Below, in pieces: positions 16,843 to 23,353 of a stretch of DNA of 35,201 bases. Every line of letters begins with the position of its first letter. The first letter of the stretch is position 1. A model generated the notes under the pieces. It saw only the letters and a program-made list of their open reading frames with translations. It did not search any database and was not told the DNA's origin. The stretch is from assembly GCA_964530635.1 (NCBI GenBank), contig CAZGYI010000001.1, forward strand, positions 1-35,201. Reading direction: 5' to 3'. This DNA comes from an uncultured Gammaproteobacteria bacterium. Lineage in GTDB: Bacteria > Patescibacteriota > Patescibacteriia > Veblenbacterales > UBA10138. A program made the position numbers and the translations under genes.

Positions 16843-19026
16843 TTATTTATTAATTTTTTCTGCGTGAAGATCTTTTCTGTACAATTCCAGCGTAGCATCA
16901 ACTTGTTTTTTAAGCCACTGGGCTCTTGCCTCTGCTGACAACCATCCTAAATAGTCAGCATATTTTGATTCGGTGCTTTTTTGCTGCCAAACTTGCTCTA
17001 CCTTACTACGAAGCGCCGTTACTTTCTTTTCTATCTCTTCATCCCGCTCTGGCACTTCCGGTGCTGGTAGATTAATTGGAGTTGATTCAGTGGGTGATAG
17101 TTTGTCAGTTAGTGAAGTGGGGATTTCGGCTATTTCTAACTGTTTAAAAATCTCTTCCTTATTTAAAGAAGTTAACTTATCTCCCCGGGGTTTAAAATAC
17201 ATATTATAAGCCCAAGAACCACCAGGTATATTTAGCTTAGCTTTCTGCTCTTTGCTAATTTCGCCAAAAGGTCTAAATAAAAAACTATTTTTTTCTAAAT
17301 CTATATTTAAATAAGCGCCAGCCGCACCATAAGCCGCGACTGACGAAGCGCCCCCGGGAAAATTATCTTTAGACGAGTTCATAACATTAACAAAAACCTT
17401 ACCCCAAACTGGCGATTCCACTATTCTACCCTCGGTTTTAAGCTCCTCTGTTGACTTTTTTAACATTATTTTAGCTTGTTCAATAATCTTGGCTTGTTCT
17501 TTTTGATAATCAATAATATTTTTACCACGATCGTCTTTTTTAATAAAATAATGTTCTAAATCTTTTCGCTCCAATTCTCTGTCAAATAAATTATTAAGTT
17601 TTTTATCCCAAGTTTTTCCCTTGACATTGACCCAATTATTACGAAGGTAAGCAAACAAATTGCCATAATCAAAAAAACGAACTAAACCGCGCATGGTTTT
17701 GTCGCTATTTATCAATTCTTCTTTATTGGTTAATAACTCATTATAAACCGCACGATGTGCCAATTCTGCAGCTATTCTAGGCGCTTCGTCGTCTTTTTTA
17801 TATACTCCTCCTGCCAGTAATAACTTATAAACAATCTCGGCAGCACAAGCCTTTTGCTTAGGAAAAGACAAGCCCTGATCAAAACCAACCATTCCCCCTT
17901 TGCCAATTTCTAAACCAGACCAACTAGCTTCTGCTGAACTAGTAATCTGATTTTTTGTTTTATCTTGCTTAATATATTTATAAATTTTTTCTTCCAAACC
18001 AGCCTGTCGTAACATTCCCAAAGTAATCTTAGCATCTATGTCGCCCTTGTTTTCAATATTAATTTTCTTACCCTTCTCATCAATAGCCCACTTTTTCGAC
18101 TCAATAAAATATTGCCAAACTTCTTTGGTATTATCTAATAAACGTTCATCAGCAGCATCGCGCTCTTGAGCTCTTAATTCAGCGTAGTTTTTTTCTTGAG
18201 TTAAGGTTACTTTCTCCTTCAACCAATCGCTGGCTGCCTTAAGCTCTGCGGGGTTATAAAAAGTTTCTGCTATAAACTTATCTTTTTTTTCTTCCCGAGG
18301 TTTAACAGTTACGCCTGTTTTAGAAAACTTAAAAACTACTCCTCTTTCTTTATCTCCTTTTTGGTCAATTATTTTAGTTTCTGGCTCTGAGCTTGGTTGT
18401 ATCGCTACATCTGGAAGGTGAACTATCCCCATTTTAATATCGTAAACCAAAACTCTAGTTGCTTGAGAAAGTATATCATAATCTGAACGCAAATCTTTAA
18501 CCGCCTGCTCAAACTCTTCCCTAGATGTTTCGCCGCTTTGGTATTGCTCAAGTAATGCCTGATATTCTGGAGAATTACGAATTCGTTCTAATGACTCTGC
18601 CCGCGCTTCGTCCTCCATTAAAATGGTATTCAATTTAAATTCTTTTAGTTTATCTAACTCAACTGGTACAACATTATCTGCGTCAGCTAATTCAATTCCT
18701 GATGATGGGGGTCTTTCCTCAATATACTTAATTTCTTCAATAGCATCTACACCTTGACCCCGTGCCTCCTCTTTCTTGTCTTCACAAAACTGTTTCCATA
18801 CATCAACCGGACAATCGTCTGGTTTTAAAAAAGTCTCATCAGACTTTTCTTGATGAACTTTAAACAAGTCATTTAATTGTTTATACCATTCTTCATTCCG
18901 CAAACGAAAAAACTCCCGCGCTCGCTTTTTTGCTTCCAGAGTTTCATTATAAATCTGTCGCTTCCGTTCCTGTGAAAGGGTACTACCAATACTAAAGTTT
19001 CCAATTTCTTTGTTATTTCTATTCAT
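16843..19026 (-). CDS. Large hypothetical soluble protein (727 aa)
   Basis: Uninterrupted ORF with an ATG start and no TM segment. Coiled-coil ends. Weak, unverified resemblance of GDIDAKITLGML and FPGGASSVAAYGAAGA to DHH motif I and the DHHA1 GGGH..AAG motif. Confidence 0.75.
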   Translation of the reverse strand: MNRNNKEIGNFSIGSTLSQERKRQIYNETLEAKKRAREFFRLRNEEWYKQLNDLFKVHQEKSDETFLKPDDCPVDVWKQFCEDKKEEARGQGVDAIEEIKYIEERPPSSGIELADADNVVPVELDKLKEFKLNTILMEDEARAESLERIRNSPEYQALLEQYQSGETSREEFEQAVKDLRSDYDILSQATRVLVYDIKMGIVHLPDVAIQPSSEPETKIIDQKGDKERGVVFKFSKTGVTVKPREEKKDKFIAETFYNPAELKAASDWLKEKVTLTQEKNYAELRAQERDAADERLLDNTKEVWQYFIESKKWAIDEKGKKINIENKGDIDAKITLGMLRQAGLEEKIYKYIKQDKTKNQITSSAEASWSGLEIGKGGMVGFDQGLSFPKQKACAAEIVYKLLLAGGVYKKDDEAPRIAAELAHRAVYNELLTNKEELINSDKTMRGLVRFFDYGNLFAYLRNNWVNVKGKTWDKKLNNLFDRELERKDLEHYFIKKDDRGKNIIDYQKEQAKIIEQAKIMLKKSTEELKTEGRIVESPVWGKVFVNVMNSSKDNFPGGASSVAAYGAAGAYLNIDLEKNSFLFRPFGEISKEQKAKLNIPGGSWAYNMYFKPRGDKLTSLNKEEIFKQLEIAEIPTSLTDKLSPTESTPINLPAPEVPERDEEIEKKVTALRSKVEQVWQQKSTESKYADYLGWLSAEARAQWLKKQVDATLELYRKDLHAEKINK

Positions 19027-19051
19027 AGTTTAATAAATAAATTAACAGCCT

Positions 19052-19080
19052 AATGTAACATACTAAACACTGGCTGTCAA
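19052..19080 (-). promoter_or_regulatory. Sigma70-like promoter of the 19026-13222 operon
   Basis: Minus strand TTGACA (19080-19075), a 17-nt spacer, then TACATT (19057-19052), about 25 nt before ATG 19026. Confidence 0.55.
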
Positions 19081-19095
19081 TGAATTTTATATTGC

Positions 19096-19266
19096 CTACC
19101 ACAACCGGAAATTAAAAATTTTTTTATCTTTACCTGAAAAAAATAATGACAAACCCTTAAGTACAGCGACGACCGGCGTTCTTTTTCTATTATCTTCTAA
19201 GCAACGCCACGATTTACCATAAGTATGATAGCGTCGTTTATTGGAACCAAGATTCAATTCCTGCAT
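19096..19266 (-). CDS. Possible small basic protein (56 aa), below the track cutoff
   Basis: Hand translation gives MQELNLGSNKRRYHTYGKSWRCLEDNRKRTPVVAVLKGLSLFFSGKDKKIFNFRLW. No Shine-Dalgarno seen and no family recognised. Confidence 0.25.
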   Translation of the reverse strand: MQELNLGSNKRRYHTYGKSWRCLEDNRKRTPVVAVLKGLSLFFSGKDKKIFNFRLW

Positions 19267-19420
19267 ATTTTTATTTTACTATTAGTTTTTTAGTTTTTGA
19301 TTTACTCTTTAATTATACATCAAACTTTAAAAAAAATCAAGTTAAAACAAACTAATGGATTGGCCTTGAATAAAAAAAATAACCATGTTACTATACATTC
19401 GCTTGCAATTTTTATCTTTT

Positions 19421-19682
19421 GGGCCCGTGGTGCCCCGAACAAGTCCGCTTGTGGCGGACAGTACGGGACGGGTAGCCTGGTTAACTCCGAAGAAGTTTCG
19501 CTTCGCTCAACTCTACGGGGCACTGCACGTTACCAAGTTGATGATAATTCTAAACAAAGCGGGCTCGTGGTGTAGCCCGGTTAACACGTCTCCCTGTCAC
19601 GGAGAAGATCGCCGGTTCGAATCCGGTCGAGCCCGCTTTGTTTAGAAGATCGTCCCGATTGAAATCGGGATCGGGCCCGCCA
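19421..19682 (+). ncRNA. Expanded tRNA-Asp-like cloverleaf enclosing the functional tRNA-Asp gene; candidate structured RNA or decayed paralog
   Basis: Acceptor stem GGGCCCG (19421-19427) with CGGGCCC (19672-19678), followed by an encoded GCCA. D-stem GTGC (19430-19433) with GCAC (19520-19523). Anticodon-stem TCTAA (19549-19553) with TTAGA (19643-19647). T-arm-like TCCCGA-TTGAAA-TCGGGA (19653-19670). See findings. Confidence 0.4.
19561..19635 (+). tRNA. tRNA-Asp (anticodon GUC)
   Basis: Hand-folded cloverleaf: GGGCTCG-TG-GTGT-AGCCCGGTTA-ACAC-G-TCTCC-CTGTCAC-GGAGA-AGATC-GCCGG-TTCGAAT-CCGGT-CGAGCCC-G. CCA is not encoded. Confidence 0.9.
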
Positions 19683-19795
19683 CCCTTCGCTAATCTCCTA
19701 CGTTAAAAACTTCGGAAGATCAAGAAGCTACGGGATGGTAAGCAGGTATATTTTGGCCATCTCCACCAACTGGCGGATGAAGGTGATTTTTAGGT
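19661..19795 (+). repeat. Family Z copy 1: tRNA 3'-end-like sequence plus a conserved downstream block and a weak terminator
   Basis: GAAATCGGGATCGGGCCCGCCACCCTTCGCTAA ... AGCTACGGGATGGTAAGCAGG parallels 20604-20656. It carries a roughly 32-nt extra insert. It ends CCACC..GGTGATTTTT. Confidence 0.45.
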
Positions 19796-19811
19796 AAATG
19801 GTTATATTAAG

Positions 19812-19840
19812 TTGACAAAATCTATAGGTAATAATAAAAT
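19812..19840 (+). promoter_or_regulatory. Sigma70-like promoter of the 19902 gene
   Basis: TTGACA (19812-19817), a 17-nt spacer, then TAAAAT (19835-19840). GGAG lies about 9 nt before the ATG. Confidence 0.65.
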
Positions 19841-19901
19841 ATCTTAAAACACAAAAATTAAATTATGCCCTTTAACAAAGATTAGAAAAGGAGATGTTTA
19901 T

Positions 19902-20438
19902 ATGTTATATAAATCTTTATACACTACAGCAAGGTTTGCCATATTGGCGAGTATTTTAATCTTATTAACATCTGTACCATTTGGATGTATCAACGACGAT
20001 GACGATCCTTGCGCTGGATTGGGTAATGTAGAAAATATAAGTTACAAACAAAAGGAAATACCAAAAGTAGGTAGTACTGACAGTTCACTAAAAATAAGAT
20101 ATACTTATGTACCAGATAAAATTATAAAGGCTAACGACCCCTTTTCAGGGTGCCTTCCAGACCTTCAAGGTCAAACTTATAACATCAATCCAAACAGCGC
20201 CTGGGTAACAGTATTTATTTATGTTGAAAGAGCAAGAGATTGGTATGTAAAACCACTCTATATTGAGAGGTTAACTAAAATTGAACAAGATGGAACATTC
20301 AATGTCCGCTATTTTGATAGTCAAAGTGAAATAATCAATGCCTACATAGTAAAAAATGGTTATATGCCCGACGAGCACGATTTGCCAGACATGAATGATC
20401 CACAAGTACTAGCCGGGGTAACAATAGATAGGAGATAA
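19902..20438 (+). CDS. Hypothetical secreted protein or lipoprotein
   Basis: 178 aa. Signal-like FAILASILILLTSVPFG followed by Cys (imperfect lipobox), then an acidic DDDD stretch. Has its own promoter, Shine-Dalgarno and terminator. Confidence 0.7.
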   Translation: MLYKSLYTTARFAILASILILLTSVPFGCINDDDDPCAGLGNVENISYKQKEIPKVGSTDSSLKIRYTYVPDKIIKANDPFSGCLPDLQGQTYNINPNSAWVTVFIYVERARDWYVKPLYIERLTKIEQDGTFNVRYFDSQSEIINAYIVKNGYMPDEHDLPDMNDPQVLAGVTIDRR

Positions 20439-20471
20439 CAATATCTTCTTTTACTTTAAAATATTCAAATT

Positions 20472-20504
20472 AATCGTCTCTTAAAGAGACGATTTTTTAT
20501 TTTA
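20472..20504 (+). terminator. Rho-independent terminator
   Basis: AATCGTCTCTT (20472-20482) with AAGAGACGATT (20484-20494), then a T-run. Confidence 0.7.
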
Positions 20505-20562
20505 GAACCAAAAAGCACATAGACCTCTTTTCAATTTATATAATTTCAATTATAATTCTCCC

Positions 20563-20700
20563 CTAAACCAAGTTCCAACCCCGAATAGTATCCGCTCTGG
20601 GCGGAAATCCGGTCGGGCCCACCACCCTTCGCTAAAAGCTACGGGGTGGCAAGCCAGCTAAAGTTGGAACCTTAAAACCACCTGATGAGGGTGGTTTTTT
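20563..20700 (+). ncRNA. Candidate small RNA or family Z copy 2, with its own terminator
   Basis: TATAAT boxes at 20539-20544 and 20551-20556. Outer helix GTTCCAAC (20572-20579) with GTTGGAAC (20663-20670). Inner helices CCGC/GCGG and CCACCC/GGGTGG. Contains a tRNA-Asp 3'-end-like TCCGGTCGGGCCCACCA. Terminator CCACC-tgatgag-GGTGG plus T6 (20678-20700). Confidence 0.4.
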
Positions 20701-20750
20701 AATGTGGTAAGAGGTATAATTAAAGTACTAATTAAATTAAATTTATCAAT

Positions 20751-21662
20751 ATGATAAATCAACAATTACTTGATTACATTAAACAACAATCACAATCAGG
20801 AATGAGCCAAGAAAAAATCAAAAGCACACTCTTGGCTACTGGTTGGCAGGAACCAGATATTAATGAAGGTCTTAGAGCAATAAATACAACTCCTCCATCT
20901 ATAGCTGGAACGTCAATGAAAGTTGGTTCATCAGGAAAAGCTTTAAAGATAGCTTTAATATCTTTAGGGGGTGCGGCTATGATTGGTGGAGGGATTTATG
21001 CTTACACCCAAAACTTTTTTATTAACCAAGAACCAATTGAACAAACTAACAATATTGACAATCTGGAACAAACAGCAATGCCTGTAGAAAAGAATCAAGA
21101 CATAAATATTCCAGCAAATACTAATAAAGAAGAAACTATAATAGTCGCAACTACTAAAGATTGTGGCATTGCTGACGACTATAATATAGGTGAACGTATG
21201 TATGAGAATACGCGAAGCAGTGGCAGTATAACTTCTACTGTGCAGAACTTTGATCAAGTGCCTAGCTTGGTGTGTATGGGTAACGCCTTACTTAACAATT
21301 GTCAGCAGGCAAAATTATCAAGCAAAAGTGAATTCGGTACCATACATACCGAGGAAATAATTGGTGGCAATAGCGAGACTTGCACTATAAAAGTGACTTA
21401 CGGTTCGGTTAATGATCAAGATGTAGAAGAAAAAATGTATGAAAATTCATATATTCAGTGTGATTATCCCGTTGCCAATATAAAAGGATCTGGCTGTTTA
21501 ATGTTAAGTAATGATGCGTGTAATTATTTTGGTGTAAAAGATTCACCTGCTCACGTATATATGAACACTCTAGGTAGTATGGTATTTGGGGCCATTGTTT
21601 CTCCTGATAATGCTGGATGTACAGGAAATATGATTGACCAAATAAAAAATTACGAAGAGTAG
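20751..21662 (+). CDS. Hypothetical single-pass membrane protein with a Cys-rich ectodomain
   Basis: 303 aa. Small N-terminal helical domain (LLDYIKQQSQSGMSQEKIKSTLLATGWQEPDINEGL), a TM helix (ALKIALISLGGAAMIGGGIYAY), then a domain with 9 Cys. Confidence 0.7.
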   Translation: MINQQLLDYIKQQSQSGMSQEKIKSTLLATGWQEPDINEGLRAINTTPPSIAGTSMKVGSSGKALKIALISLGGAAMIGGGIYAYTQNFFINQEPIEQTNNIDNLEQTAMPVEKNQDINIPANTNKEETIIVATTKDCGIADDYNIGERMYENTRSSGSITSTVQNFDQVPSLVCMGNALLNNCQQAKLSSKSEFGTIHTEEIIGGNSETCTIKVTYGSVNDQDVEEKMYENSYIQCDYPVANIKGSGCLMLSNDACNYFGVKDSPAHVYMNTLGSMVFGAIVSPDNAGCTGNMIDQIKNYEE

Positions 21663-21673
21663 AATTTAATACT

Positions 21674-21758
21674 AAACCAAGTTCCAACCCTAATAACATT
21701 AATAACATTCTAAAACCATATACAGGATATTGACTATTTATTAAATTAGCAGTAAGGT
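21674..21758 (+). promoter_or_regulatory. Repeated intergenic module with the promoter of the 21806 gene
   Basis: AAACCAAGTTCCAACC (21674-21689), TTCTAAAACCATATA (21708-21722), TTGACT (21730-21735), a 17-nt spacer, TAAGGT (21753-21758). The boxes recur at 20565-20580 and 22584-22623. Confidence 0.5.
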
Positions 21759-21805
21759 TGGAGTGAAAATAATTAATGTAAATTGAACATTAAAAAGGAG
21801 AAACC

Positions 21806-22489
21806 ATGGAACAGAAACCGATGCCTTATTTATGTATGGGGCTATCCCGTTTAATTGGGGGAATATTTTTTACAGTCTTCGGCTTAATTCTATTTTATTA
21901 TTTAAACGATAAATGGGAGTTGGGCATACAAAATTTAGGTGACATACAAAAACTTTGCGCAAAAAGTTACGCAGCTATGATTATATCAATAATTATCGGA
22001 TTAATTGGTTTGATAATTGGTCAGGTTATTGGTGCTGCTATCAAAATTAAAAGCGATAGTCTGGCGGAGCATATCACAATTGGGTGGCACTATTTAGCTA
22101 ATACCACCATTATCTGGTTAATGTTTAACGGCGTAAGTGTTTTTTTAATTTTAGGAGAAGAAACGAAATTCTTTTTGCAAGGAATAGGTAAAAATTATTT
22201 CCTAACCGTTTTTATCATAGCAGCCATTGGCAGTCAATTAATTGTTTGGTCTTTATATGTAGGTGGTAAAATAATCAATTCTGGAAGGGTGTCTTTTGGA
22301 GAATTTTTAACTAAAACATTACCAATAGCAATTAGTATAACAATGGGTGTATTTCAATTTAAAATGTATGAACTAAATATTCTTCCTGGTATATTATGTG
22401 GATTTATTTTACCTTTCATACTAATACCCATTTCTGCCCAAATGTGGAGAAAAGACTCCATGAGAAGGAGAGCTTACCCAATACTGTAA
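21806..22489 (+). CDS. Hypothetical multi-pass membrane protein
   Basis: 227 aa with about 6 hydrophobic helices. GGAG Shine-Dalgarno before the ATG. Confidence 0.7.
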   Translation: MEQKPMPYLCMGLSRLIGGIFFTVFGLILFYYLNDKWELGIQNLGDIQKLCAKSYAAMIISIIIGLIGLIIGQVIGAAIKIKSDSLAEHITIGWHYLANTTIIWLMFNGVSVFLILGEETKFFLQGIGKNYFLTVFIIAAIGSQLIVWSLYVGGKIINSGRVSFGEFLTKTLPIAISITMGVFQFKMYELNILPGILCGFILPFILIPISAQMWRKDSMRRRAYPIL

Positions 22490-22504
22490 TTATTAGAATA
22501 TTTA

Positions 22505-22533
22505 GGAAGCGACTATTCGTCGTTTCCTTTTTT
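22505..22533 (+). terminator. Rho-independent terminator
   Basis: GGAAGCGAC (22505-22513) with GTCGTTTCC (22519-22527, one G:U pair), then T6. Confidence 0.65.
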
Positions 22534-22583
22534 ATTCCACCCCCTTCCTAGTGTTGCTAGCTATTATCCACTAAATCCCCCGA

Positions 22584-22652
22584 AAACCAAGTTTCAATCT
22601 TAGTAAAATTCTAAAACCATATATTGACTTATAGAAATTCAACACCTAAAAT
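22584..22652 (+). promoter_or_regulatory. Repeated intergenic module with a promoter giving a leaderless or near-leaderless mRNA
   Basis: AAACCAAGTTTCAATC (22584-22599), TTCTAAAACCATATA (22609-22623), TTGACT (22624-22629), a 17-nt spacer, TAAAAT (22647-22652). Only 6 nt separate the -10 box from ATG 22659. Confidence 0.55.
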
Positions 22653-22658
22653 TAACTT

Positions 22659-23150
22659 ATGGCGCGGTTAGGTGGCGATAAAATATTTGGCAAGATTGAT
22701 CCTAGCAAAATTGGAACGGGTAAATTTTTTACTCAAGGAAAATATAGCAGCCGAAAAAACACTTTAGGATTAAAAGGGCAACTTAGCCAACTTAAACGTT
22801 TGGGTAAAAAAGATACTACAGCCAATCTTTCACAAAAAAATATTCAACAATTTTATGGTTTAATCAGTGAAAGACTTAAAGCCAAAACTAAACATTATTC
22901 AGCTTTTATTACTCGCCGAGACAAAAAGCTAATTATGGGCGCGGCGGAAAAAATGGTAAAAACCAAAGGCGCAAATTTCACTAGAGAAGATAAAAAAGAT
23001 TTAAAATCAATGGTGGACACCATGCGCCTAAAACAGCGGCCACAAATTTTACGCGCAACCGAACCTGCTGTTGCCAACGAAAGTATTATTGAACCACCTG
23101 CCGATATTGCTAAAATCTCCAGGTTTAACAGAAATTGCCACGCCCACTAA
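22659..23150 (+). CDS. Hypothetical basic protein, possibly the 5' part of a frameshifted gene
   Basis: 163 aa, Lys/Arg-rich, no family recognised. The last roughly 10 codons (SRFNRNCHAH) look non-native, while an overlapping frame continues plausibly. Confidence 0.55.
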   Translation: MARLGGDKIFGKIDPSKIGTGKFFTQGKYSSRKNTLGLKGQLSQLKRLGKKDTTANLSQKNIQQFYGLISERLKAKTKHYSAFITRRDKKLIMGAAEKMVKTKGANFTREDKKDLKSMVDTMRLKQRPQILRATEPAVANESIIEPPADIAKISRFNRNCHAH

Positions 23151-23334
23151 TTTGGCAACCTTAACTAATCGTAAAAAATCATTAGTTAGTCCTCAATTAC
23201 CCCCAGAAGCAGACGATAATGATGAAGCCCAATTAGAAGAATCGGTTGCCGAACAAAAGCAAAATTTATCTACAAAAAACACTAATAAACAAAAAGCTGA
23301 TACCCCCAAAGTTATAGACTTACCTATTGATTAA
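23071..23334 (+). CDS. Open frame that may be the C-terminal continuation of the 22659 gene
   Basis: ...KSPGLTEIATPTNLATLTNRKKSLVSPQLPPEADDNDEAQLEE.... The track start is TTG with no Shine-Dalgarno. The frame is offset +1 from the upstream ORF and overlaps it by 80 nt. Confidence 0.35.
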   Translation: MPTKVLLNHLPILLKSPGLTEIATPTNLATLTNRKKSLVSPQLPPEADDNDEAQLEESVAEQKQNLSTKNTNKQKADTPKVIDLPID

Positions 23335-23353
23335 AAAATATATTAACTAATAT

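Noticed and set aside
19297-19645. Three ORFs (92, 67 and 86 aa) across the tRNA-Asp locus
   Set aside because: They overlap a clear tRNA gene and tRNA-like stems. No coding signal is seen.
20571-21765. Integron attC-like sites (GTTCCAAC ... GTTGGAAC, resembling R''/R' GTTRRRY cores) after successive genes
   Set aside because: Only two sites show the inverted cores, and the third spacer lacks them. No intI or attI is present, and each gene has its own promoter, unlike typical cassettes. It is kept only as a remote alternative under the cassette-array finding.
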